Below, in pieces: positions 18,960 to 26,154 of a stretch of DNA of 37,273 nucleotides. The DNA lies in contig JAZQVQ010000169.1 in NCBI GenBank assembly GCA_045631825.1, forward strand, positions 1-37,273. Direction: 5' to 3'. The position numbers and the translations under genes are program-made. This DNA comes from Eubacteriales bacterium. GTDB lineage: Bacteria > Bacillota > Clostridia > Oscillospirales > CAG-382. The stretch's first letter is position 1. Every line of letters begins with the position of its first letter. The notes under the pieces were generated by a model. The model was not told the DNA's origin and made no database searches. It was given only the letters and a program-made list of their open reading frames with translations.

Positions 18960-19033
18960 TGCGGAATTGTGTAAAGGTAGCACGACAGACTCTGACTCTG
19001 TTTGTCTGGGTTCGAATCCTAGTTCCGCAGCCA
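18960..19033 (+). tRNA. tRNA-Gln (anticodon CUG) with encoded CCA
   Basis: Hand-folded cloverleaf. The acceptor stem is tgcggaa/ttccgca (U1-A72, as in bacterial tRNA-Gln). The anticodon stem is acaga/tctgt with loop cuCUGac. The T arm is ctggg-ttcgaat-cctag, followed by discriminator g and cca. Confidence 0.88.
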
Positions 19034-19034
19034 G

Positions 19035-19066
19035 AAAAAACGACTTGTTTCGACAAGTCGTTTTTT
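19035..19066 (+). terminator. Intrinsic terminator after tRNA-Gln
   Basis: aaaaaa-cgacttgt-ttcg-acaagtcg-tttttt: a perfect 8-bp stem, a UUCG loop and a T6 tail. Confidence 0.8.
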
Positions 19067-19068
19067 CA

Positions 19069-19246
19069 TCGATATAAATCTCTTGCGAGATTTTCGATAT
19101 GTCATAAAATGACTCGATATGTGCTAAAGCACTCGATATGTTGCCTTGTGGCAACGAGATTTATATTATATCGAGTTTTGAGTGAAACGAAAAACATATC
19201 GATTTTACGAAGTAAATATATCGAGCAAACGAAGTTTGCATATCGA
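19069..19246. repeat. Array of eight 8-9-nt motifs (CTCGATATG), four direct then four inverted, separated by mini-hairpins
   Basis: TCGATAT(A/G) occurs at 19069, 19094, 19114 and 19133. (T/C)ATATCGA occurs at 19167, 19195, 19217 and 19239. See findings. Confidence 0.8.
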
Positions 19247-19283
19247 CAAAAAACCTGCATCTATTATGAACTTAAAAGCCATA

Positions 19284-19316
19284 AAATCCGTACACAATAG
19301 CGTACGGATTTTTATT
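19284..19316. terminator. Hairpin with flanking A/T runs (bidirectional terminator-like) closing the motif-array region
   Basis: aaatccgtac (19284..19293) pairs with gtacggattt (19302..19311), followed by ttatt. Confidence 0.55.
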
Positions 19317-19435
19317 ACCTATTCATTCTTTCTTAGAAACAAAAACTTTGGGATTGTATGTAGTGCAATTTGCACACCTAATGACTAACAACAAAGTTAG
19401 AATATTTCCGAAAACAACTGTATTCATTTTAAATG

Positions 19436-19472
19436 TTAAATCAAAACCACCAGTTCGACTGGTGGTTTTGAT
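19436..19472 (-). terminator. Intrinsic terminator of the solute-binding protein gene
   Basis: A 13-bp stem, tcaaaaccaccag / ctggtggttttga, lies just after the stop codon at 19486, with a T-rich tail on the minus strand. Confidence 0.7.
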
Positions 19473-19485
19473 TGCTATAAATCTA

Positions 19486-20910
19486 TTATCTGATATCGCC
19501 GTATGCCTTGTTGAACTCTTTGAGTTTCAAAGCTGCTGTTGACGAATGTGAAGCATAGTAAGACGAGAAGTCATGGCTCTGTGATGTAGAAAGGTACTGA
19601 CCGAGGTATCTGAATGTACCGCCGGAAACATAACCGAGGTCATAAACCAAGCTGTCTTTTATGATATCTATCATTTCTTCTGAATCATCATCACGTGCAA
19701 ACTTTGTCTTAAGTGATACATCATAGAATGCAGGGATAACTTCACGTGAACCAATTGCACAAAGAGCTTCGATAATATTACCTGTTCTTGTCAAATCAGA
19801 TACTGTTATCGGAACAACAATAAGGTGTGCTATACCATTGGTATTTGTAGCATACTTATCTGAATCGGTAAACTTAGGCAACGGAATAATACCGAAGTTA
19901 TCTTCCATCGCTCTAAAGTTTTTAGCATTACCAAGCGTACCATCCGCAAACATTGCTCTTCCTTCACGGAAAATTCCTTCAACCCTTCCTTCATACATAG
20001 GCTGACCGGTAACCTGATAGTAAACTTCGTCTGAATCCACAAGATCAAAGAACTTATCATAGATATCTACCGTTTTGGATGTATTAACTGTCAGCATCGG
20101 AATGCCATCTGCATTTTTTCTGTAAATTCTCTGTCCACCGGTGTAGAGAGCCGAAATACCATAACTCCATTCACCTGCAGCGAGACCAAACTGGTCATTA
20201 TCAAAATCAATGACACCGTCACCGTTGAGGTCCTTTGCACCCTTCTTAACAATCTTTGAGAATTCCTCAAAAGTCCATTCGTTATCTCTTACCATCTGAT
20301 AAGGATATTCAAGTCCCAGATCATCAAATATTCTCTTATTAAAGAACATACTTGTTGAACAAGAAAGTCTTTGTGTTGATATATCACCGTCAAGAACGTA
20401 AAGATTACCATTTATATTACATGAATCAATAATATCCTTAGACCACCAGGGCTTTTCCATATGTATTGCGTCCATCTCGTTGAAGTTTACAACTGACTTC
20501 TGAACTGCATAAGAGAATGCTGAGCTTGAGTGCGGGAAAATCAAGTCATAAGCATCATCGCCTGCAAGGATTGTGTTAAGTGCATCTGTTTCGGAAGAAC
20601 CTGAAGACTCAGTTGCAACGATATTGATATTGTACATATCCTCAACTAACTTATTTCTTTTATAAACAGCATCGGCTACAATATCTGCAGTTTCTTCTTC
20701 GACATACTGGTCAGTTACAGAATTGGGACGAACCAAGATTCTGAAATCATATCCGTCGTAATCTTCCACTGCAAGATGACTTGTATAATCGTCAATTTTA
20801 TACTCTGTTTGTCCATTATTCTTGTCATCACTATTACCCGCACATCCTGTCATAACAACAGAAACAATCACGAGAAGCAAAACAAGAGTTGTTACCTTTT
20901 TGAAAAACAT
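19486..20910 (-). CDS. ABC-transporter extracellular solute-binding lipoprotein (sugar-type, family 1)
   Basis: Signal peptide with lipobox VMTGC. About 470 aa, the size and composition typical of carbohydrate SBPs. aaggagga RBS. No permease or ATPase genes are nearby. Confidence 0.8.
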   Translation of the reverse strand: MFFKKVTTLVLLLVIVSVVMTGCAGNSDDKNNGQTEYKIDDYTSHLAVEDYDGYDFRILVRPNSVTDQYVEEETADIVADAVYKRNKLVEDMYNINIVATESSGSSETDALNTILAGDDAYDLIFPHSSSAFSYAVQKSVVNFNEMDAIHMEKPWWSKDIIDSCNINGNLYVLDGDISTQRLSCSTSMFFNKRIFDDLGLEYPYQMVRDNEWTFEEFSKIVKKGAKDLNGDGVIDFDNDQFGLAAGEWSYGISALYTGGQRIYRKNADGIPMLTVNTSKTVDIYDKFFDLVDSDEVYYQVTGQPMYEGRVEGIFREGRAMFADGTLGNAKNFRAMEDNFGIIPLPKFTDSDKYATNTNGIAHLIVVPITVSDLTRTGNIIEALCAIGSREVIPAFYDVSLKTKFARDDDSEEMIDIIKDSLVYDLGYVSGGTFRYLGQYLSTSQSHDFSSYYASHSSTAALKLKEFNKAYGDIR

Positions 20911-21120
20911 AATAATTGTTTTCCTCCTTATTTTAATTTTATTATAAATTATACCACTAAATTTTTAATTTGTCTACGAATTTATTGAAAAAGAATTTAA
21001 TTTGTTAATATTAGACAAATTAAACATCAAAATACATTCAAATTAAACAATTTAAAATTGTAAACTATCACAAAACCACACCAAGCAAGCACGGAATTTT
21101 TATTATTGATTACACACAAA

Positions 21121-22188
21121 TCAACAGGACAAACGTTCTGCAAGATCGTAGAGGTACTCGAAGTGTGCCTTTTTCTCTGCCGCTCTTGCAAACATTGAAC
21201 CCTTAAGGCTCGGCTCAATAGCAGCAAGCTCTTCAGGGGTGATTTTATTCTTGACAATTTTATCAAAAGCAAAAGCATATTCCATTTCTTCTGAAGTTAT
21301 CTTTCCGTTATTGTAGCAAACAACAAGATTGTACTTACCATCTACAAGAAGTTCAACTGCTTTATCTCCCAATTGAGCTGCTATAAGTCTGTCCTTACAA
21401 GTTGGACTTCCACCTCTTTGTACATGTGTAAGTCTTGCAAATCTTGATTCAATTCCCGTTCTTTCTTCTATCTCGGTTGTAAGGCTTTCAGAGAACTTTG
21501 CTCCCATTCCCTCGGAAACAATAACAATGAAGTTTCTTCTTCCGTTTTCGTGAAGCTTTATCATATCACTGATAAGCTTTTCTTTATCAAACGGTATTTC
21601 AGGAATCGCAATGCCGGTTGAACCAACAGCTATACCACAGTCTATGGCAATATAACCTGCGTTTCTTCCCATAACCTCAACAACACTGCATCTTGCATGT
21701 GATTCGCAGGTATCTCTCAATCTGTCTACCATCTGAATAACAGTATTTTTTGCAGTATCATAGCCAATAGTATAATCTGTAGCAGATATATCATTATCAA
21801 TAGTTGCAGGAACACCTATACAGGGAATATCGCATCTTGACAAATCGGTAGCACCGCGGAACGTACCATCACCGCCGATAGTTACAATACCATCAATTTT
21901 ATTTTCGTGGCAGTTCTTGACGGCAAGCTCAATACCTTCCTGTGTCTTGAACTTCTCGCATCTGTCAGAATAAAGCATTGTTCCACCATGATTGAGTATG
22001 TTTGAAACGTCTCTTGTATCAAAAAGCTTCATATCATTTTCAATAAGGCCCTTGTACCCGCAATAGATACCCATAACCTCAATTCCTCTTGATATTGCTC
22101 CTCTTACAATACTTCTTATGGCAGCATTCATTCCGGGTGAATCCCCACCTGAAGTTAAAACACCAATTCTTTTGAACTCCTTTTTCAT
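21121..22188 (-). CDS. pfkA: ATP-dependent 6-phosphofructokinase
   Basis: GVLTSGGDSPGMNAAIR, TIGGDGT, PATIDNDI and MGR motifs. 355 aa. Confidence 0.95.
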   Translation of the reverse strand: MKKEFKRIGVLTSGGDSPGMNAAIRSIVRGAISRGIEVMGIYCGYKGLIENDMKLFDTRDVSNILNHGGTMLYSDRCEKFKTQEGIELAVKNCHENKIDGIVTIGGDGTFRGATDLSRCDIPCIGVPATIDNDISATDYTIGYDTAKNTVIQMVDRLRDTCESHARCSVVEVMGRNAGYIAIDCGIAVGSTGIAIPEIPFDKEKLISDMIKLHENGRRNFIVIVSEGMGAKFSESLTTEIEERTGIESRFARLTHVQRGGSPTCKDRLIAAQLGDKAVELLVDGKYNLVVCYNNGKITSEEMEYAFAFDKIVKNKITPEELAAIEPSLKGSMFARAAEKKAHFEYLYDLAERLSC

Positions 22189-22355
22189 TTTAATTCCCCC
22201 ACTAATTTAACATATACTTGTAATATCTTGTAACTTAACCTAACCTAGTCAGCCAAGTTCAGTTTACAATTATATATACATTTTAATAACAACATATAAA
22301 CTTTATGGAAATTAAATGTAACAAAAAGAAAATTCTATTTATGAACCAATTATGA

Positions 22356-22384
22356 TTGACATTTGTAAAAAAAAGGTGTATAAT
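22356..22384 (+). promoter_or_regulatory. Consensus sigma-A promoter of the HPr-like gene
   Basis: TTGACA (22356..22361), a 17-nt spacer ending in TG, then TATAAT (22379..22384). Confidence 0.6.
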
Positions 22385-22411
22385 ATTAAAAAAAGTAGGA
22401 GGTATTTTATA

Positions 22412-22645
22412 ATGAAAGTATATAAAATCAAGCTTTCGACCATTGAAGATGTCAGAAAATTTGTAAACATTGTTTGTAGTTATGACGGAGAAATAGATTT
22501 AAAGTCCGGAAGATATATTGTTGATGCAAAATCAATTATGGGTATTTTCAGCCTTGATTTGTTCAATCCTATTGATATGGAAATTCACTCAGATGATTGC
22601 GAGCAAATAGTAAATGCCCTTGACGAATTCATTATAAAGGAATAA
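22412..22645 (+). CDS. HPr-family domain protein lacking the His-15 phosphorylation motif (77 aa)
   Basis: VDAKSIMGIFSL matches the Ser-46 region of HPr (KSIMGVMSL). The N-terminal GIHARPA-type segment is absent. The ATG at 22412 follows aggaggt. Confidence 0.65.
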   Translation: MKVYKIKLSTIEDVRKFVNIVCSYDGEIDLKSGRYIVDAKSIMGIFSLDLFNPIDMEIHSDDCEQIVNALDEFIIKE

Positions 22646-22656
22646 TCAAAACACAT

Positions 22657-22693
22657 TCGCGGTTTATTTTATCAAAATAAACCGCGATTTTTT
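22657..22693 (+). terminator. Intrinsic terminator of the HPr-like gene
   Basis: 14-bp stem tcgcggtttatttt / aaaataaaccgcga followed by a T6 tail. Confidence 0.8.
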
Positions 22694-22703
22694 CAAAAAA
22701 CTA

Positions 22704-22732
22704 TTGACATATTTTTTTCTTGATGATATACT
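22704..22732 (+). promoter_or_regulatory. Candidate sigma-A promoter of the aro operon leader
   Basis: TTGACA (22704..22709), a 17-nt spacer ending in TGA, then TATACT (22727..22732). Confidence 0.55.
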
Positions 22733-22771
22733 GATTAACAACGTATTACAATTTAACCAGAGGTTATATCT

Positions 22772-22870
22772 ATGAATTTTATCGGAAACAAAAAAGCATT
22801 TTATATATATTATGGCTTTGTCTTTACATTTTTTGACAAGGTCTTTCGTTGTTGTGCTTTTGCCGGTTAA
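22772..22870 (+). CDS. Candidate leader peptide, 32 aa, Phe/Tyr-rich (MNFIGNKKAFYIYYGFVFTFFDKVFRCCAFAG)
   Basis: The ATG lies 8 nt after agagg. There are 8 Phe and 3 Tyr codons in 32. It sits between the promoter and a terminator, directly upstream of tyrA...pheA. It is below the ORF-track length cutoff and was translated by hand. Confidence 0.4.
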   Translation: MNFIGNKKAFYIYYGFVFTFFDKVFRCCAFAG

Positions 22871-22896
22871 TTGCGGTATTTTAACATGAAATGAGA

Positions 22897-22933
22897 GACC
22901 ACAGTGAATCTTTACACTGTGGTCATTTTTTTT
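22897..22933 (+). terminator. Intrinsic terminator (attenuator) in the aro operon leader
   Basis: gaccacagtg (22897..22906), loop aatcttta, cactgtggtc (22915..22924), then aTTTTTTTT. It ends 24 nt before the tyrA ATG. Confidence 0.7.
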
Positions 22934-22956
22934 AAAAGTTAAAAGGAGAAATTAAA

Positions 22957-23814
22957 ATGACAGTTGGAATTGTTGGTCTTGGACTTATAGGTGCTTCACT
23001 TGCAAAAACACTCAAGAAACATACAGATTTTGCAGTTATCGGATATGACAAAAGTAAAGAAACTATGCAGAGTGCTTTGCTCGATGGTGCTATTGATAAC
23101 GTTCTTGACATAGAAAATGAAAAATGCGACATTGTTCTTATTGCTTTATATCCGGATGATGTTGTTGACTTTGTGACAAAGTATGCCGAAAGTCTAAAGG
23201 ACACAATAGTGATTGACTGTGCCGGAACAAAAAGCAAGGTTTGCTCTGCCCTGTTCCCGATTGCAAAGAAATATGACTTCACCTTTATAGGCGGGCATCC
23301 AATGGCAGGTATCGAAAAATCGGGGTACGATTTTTCAACCGACAGTCTGTTTGATGGTGCTTTTATGATTCTTGTACCCTCCGAAGAAACAGACAGAAAA
23401 ACCATTGATTATGTAAAAATGTTTTTTATGTCGATTGGTTTTTACAGAATAACAATCACAAGTGCTTCTGAGCACGATACAATTATTTCATACACCTCTC
23501 AGCTTGCACATATCGTTTCAAGTGCGTACGTAAAAAGTCCGTCATCGACTAAAAACCTCGGTTTTTCTGCCGGAAGTTTTAAGGATATGACAAGAGTTGC
23601 TTACTTAAATGAAAATATGTGGTCACAGTTGTTTCTGGAAAACAAAAACAATCTGATAAAAGAAATTGACATACTTCAGGACAACTTATCCGAGTACAGA
23701 CAAGCCCTTATTTTGCGTGACAAAGACGCACTTACCGGGTTACTTAAGAAAGGTAAAGAAATGCGAATTGCTGCTTGGACAAGTGTTGAAATAAACAACA
23801 AGGGGAAAAAGTGA
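22957..23814 (+). CDS. tyrA: Prephenate dehydrogenase
   Basis: NAD-binding VGIVGLGLIGASLA and the GGHPMAG motif. 285 aa. Confidence 0.85.
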   Translation: MTVGIVGLGLIGASLAKTLKKHTDFAVIGYDKSKETMQSALLDGAIDNVLDIENEKCDIVLIALYPDDVVDFVTKYAESLKDTIVIDCAGTKSKVCSALFPIAKKYDFTFIGGHPMAGIEKSGYDFSTDSLFDGAFMILVPSEETDRKTIDYVKMFFMSIGFYRITITSASEHDTIISYTSQLAHIVSSAYVKSPSSTKNLGFSAGSFKDMTRVAYLNENMWSQLFLENKNNLIKEIDILQDNLSEYRQALILRDKDALTGLLKKGKEMRIAAWTSVEINNKGKK

Positions 23815-24863
23815 TGGACAGAGTAAGAATTAACACATCAAAGCCTTATGACGTTTGTATAGGAAACGGAATTTTAAAGGATTGTGCTTTACTTGTTAAA
23901 GAAATCAAAAAGCCTTGTTCGGTTGCAATTATAACAGATTCAAACGTTAATGAATTATATTCAGATACTGTCAAAAAAAGTTTTGAGCAAAACGGTTTTC
24001 GTACTGTAAAATTTGTTTTCAAAGCCGGTGAAAATTCAAAAAACATATGCGTTTTTTCGGACATTCTTGAGTTTCTGGCAGAAAACCAAATAACAAGGAC
24101 AGATATAATCGTCGCTCTTGGCGGTGGAGTTGTCGGCGACATTTCGGGATTTGCAGCAGCGTGCTATCTTCGTGGTATTGATTTTATACAAATTCCAACC
24201 TCACTTCTTGCCTGTGTCGATTCTTCCGTGGGCGGAAAAACTGCTATAGACCTAAATCACGGTAAAAACCTTGCGGGAATATTTCATCAGCCAGCGCTTG
24301 TAATCTGTGACACAGATGTTTTAAAAACACTTCCCAAAGAAGAAATTGCGTGTGGTTTTGCTGAAATAATAAAGTATGCTGTCTGCTTTGACAGTGAGTT
24401 TTTTGATTTACTCGAAAAAGAAGCTTTTGACATAGGTTATGTTATAACCAAATGCGTGAAATTCAAACGTGACGTTGTTATACTTGACGAGTTTGACAAT
24501 GGCAAACGAAAGTTGCTCAATTTCGGCCACACCGCTGCACATTCTATTGAAAAACACAGTTTGTACTCATTAAATCACGGTCAGGCAGTTGCTGTCGGTA
24601 TGGTTATAGCATCTAAAATTGCTATCTTACTTGGAATGTTCGACAACGTTTCTCTTGACAGACTAATAAAAGTTCTTGAAAAGTATTCTCTGCCGACGAC
24701 TTATGAAATTGACGTAAACTCGCTGATTGACGGAGCTTTATCAGACAAAAAGCGTGAAAGCAATAAAATAACACTTATTCTGCCAAAAAGATTGGGCGAA
24801 TGTCTTGAAATTGAAAAAGACATAAGCGAGCTTGAAAACCTGTTTTCATACGGATTATCTTAA
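23811..24863 (+). CDS. aroB: 3-dehydroquinate synthase
   Basis: LGGGVVGDISGFAAACYLRGIDFIQIPTSLLACVDSSVGGKTAID plus the GHT..H metal site. Confidence 0.92.
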   Translation: MMDRVRINTSKPYDVCIGNGILKDCALLVKEIKKPCSVAIITDSNVNELYSDTVKKSFEQNGFRTVKFVFKAGENSKNICVFSDILEFLAENQITRTDIIVALGGGVVGDISGFAAACYLRGIDFIQIPTSLLACVDSSVGGKTAIDLNHGKNLAGIFHQPALVICDTDVLKTLPKEEIACGFAEIIKYAVCFDSEFFDLLEKEAFDIGYVITKCVKFKRDVVILDEFDNGKRKLLNFGHTAAHSIEKHSLYSLNHGQAVAVGMVIASKIAILLGMFDNVSLDRLIKVLEKYSLPTTYEIDVNSLIDGALSDKKRESNKITLILPKRLGECLEIEKDISELENLFSYGLS

Positions 24864-24886
24864 ACTTTGAGAGGTATAAAGTAAAT

Positions 24887-26146
24887 ATGAATACAACCTT
24901 TGACCCACAAATGATACTTTCGGGGAAATTAAATATTATATCCTCAAAATCCGATATTCACCGTACAATAATATGTGCAAGTCTGTGTGATGAACCTACT
25001 GAAATTGAATTTTGCGGTTTATCAAAAGACATTATGGCTACACTTGGTTGTGTCAAATCACTCGGTGCGGAAACTGAGTTTTTCGACGGTAAAGTAAAGA
25101 TAATTCCAAAAAAATCTTCTTTAATTCAACAGGGTGTTGTTTTCGACTGCGGAGAAAGCGGTTCAACTGCAAGATTTCTCTTGCCGATAGCAAGTCTTGT
25201 TTGCAAGGGTGCTTTATTTATCGGGGAAGGACGTCTGCCAAACAGACCATTTTCCGAGTTGTGCAATTCATTGTCCGAACACGGAGCGGTTTTCTCAGAC
25301 AATAAATTACCCATAACCATCACTTCCAACGTCAAAAGTACAGGAGATTTTAAAATCTCCGGAAATGTCAGCTCACAGTATATAAGTGGTCTTTTACTTA
25401 TGCTTCCGCTTTTAAAAGACGGCGGAAAGGTTATAGTCACAACGCCTCTTGAATCAAAGGGTTATGTTGATATGACGTTAAAAACAATGTCAGCGTTTGG
25501 TGTAGATGTTGAAGTTGACGGCAATATTTTTACAGTGAAACCAGGACAAAAATACACTTCACCAGGCAAAATCAAAGCACAGGGAGATTGGTCTTCCGCT
25601 GCTTTCTGGTTATGTGCCGACGCACTTGGTGCAAACATTACCCTCTCGGGTCTTGACGAAACCTGCCCTCAGGGAGACAGAGAAATAGTGGAAATTCTTA
25701 AAAGATTCGGTGCAAAAAAGATTGTTACCAAAGATGGTATTTCATTTGAAGCAACAAGATTACACGGCATCGAAATAGATGCACATAACATTCCCGACCT
25801 TGTTCCTATCCTCTCAGTTGTGGCGGCAGGTGCAAAAGGAACTACAACAATTTATGGAGCCTCAAGATTAAAACTCAAAGAAAGCGACAGACTTGAAACA
25901 ACACGTGAAATGCTGCATTGTCTTGGTGCAGATATAACTAAAACCGACGATTCACTTATTATTAACGGTAGCGGCAGACTAAACGGTGGTATTGTCAATG
26001 GTCACAACGACCACAGAATTGTTATGTCAGCAGCGATAGCATCTTTAATATGCAAAAAACAGGTCATTATCGAAGGTTCACGGGCAGTTGAAAAATCCTA
26101 CACTACTTTTTTTTCTGATTTTGACTATCTTACTATGAAAGGATAA
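24887..26146 (+). CDS. aroA: 3-phosphoshikimate 1-carboxyvinyltransferase (EPSP synthase)
   Basis: SKSDIHR, GESGSTARFLLP, ESDRL and DHRIVMSAAIA motifs. Confidence 0.92.
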   Translation: MNTTFDPQMILSGKLNIISSKSDIHRTIICASLCDEPTEIEFCGLSKDIMATLGCVKSLGAETEFFDGKVKIIPKKSSLIQQGVVFDCGESGSTARFLLPIASLVCKGALFIGEGRLPNRPFSELCNSLSEHGAVFSDNKLPITITSNVKSTGDFKISGNVSSQYISGLLLMLPLLKDGGKVIVTTPLESKGYVDMTLKTMSAFGVDVEVDGNIFTVKPGQKYTSPGKIKAQGDWSSAAFWLCADALGANITLSGLDETCPQGDREIVEILKRFGAKKIVTKDGISFEATRLHGIEIDAHNIPDLVPILSVVAAGAKGTTTIYGASRLKLKESDRLETTREMLHCLGADITKTDDSLIINGSGRLNGGIVNGHNDHRIVMSAAIASLICKKQVIIEGSRAVEKSYTTFFSDFDYLTMKG

Positions 26147-26154
26147 TTATAAAA

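Noticed and set aside
18795-19154. A 119-aa minus-strand ORF, together with the plus-strand ORFs 18959..19300 and 19182..19388
   Set aside because: These ORFs run through the tRNA-Gln gene, its terminator and the motif array. They have no RBS and show repeat-driven composition. They are treated as non-coding.
19069-19246. Possible CRISPR array
   Set aside because: The repeats are only 8-9 nt. The spacers are 11-19 nt and are themselves palindromic. The repeat orientation flips halfway through. No cas genes are present.
18960-19316. Prophage or ICE attachment site at tRNA-Gln
   Set aside because: There is no integrase, no direct repeat of the tRNA 3' end and no foreign gene block within the window. 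This remains only a weak possibility for the origin of the motif array.
20911-21120. Riboswitch or sRNA in the 210-nt pfkA/SBP intergenic region
   Set aside because: Apart from the 11-bp inverted repeat, the region is AT-rich with no extended conserved-looking structure that I could fold.
22733-22956. T-box or other known riboswitch in the aro operon leader
   Set aside because: I could not find the conserved T-box sequence, a specifier-loop layout, or an AG-bulge/GNRA pattern by eye, and the leader is only about 220 nt. This cannot be fully excluded without a covariance-model scan.
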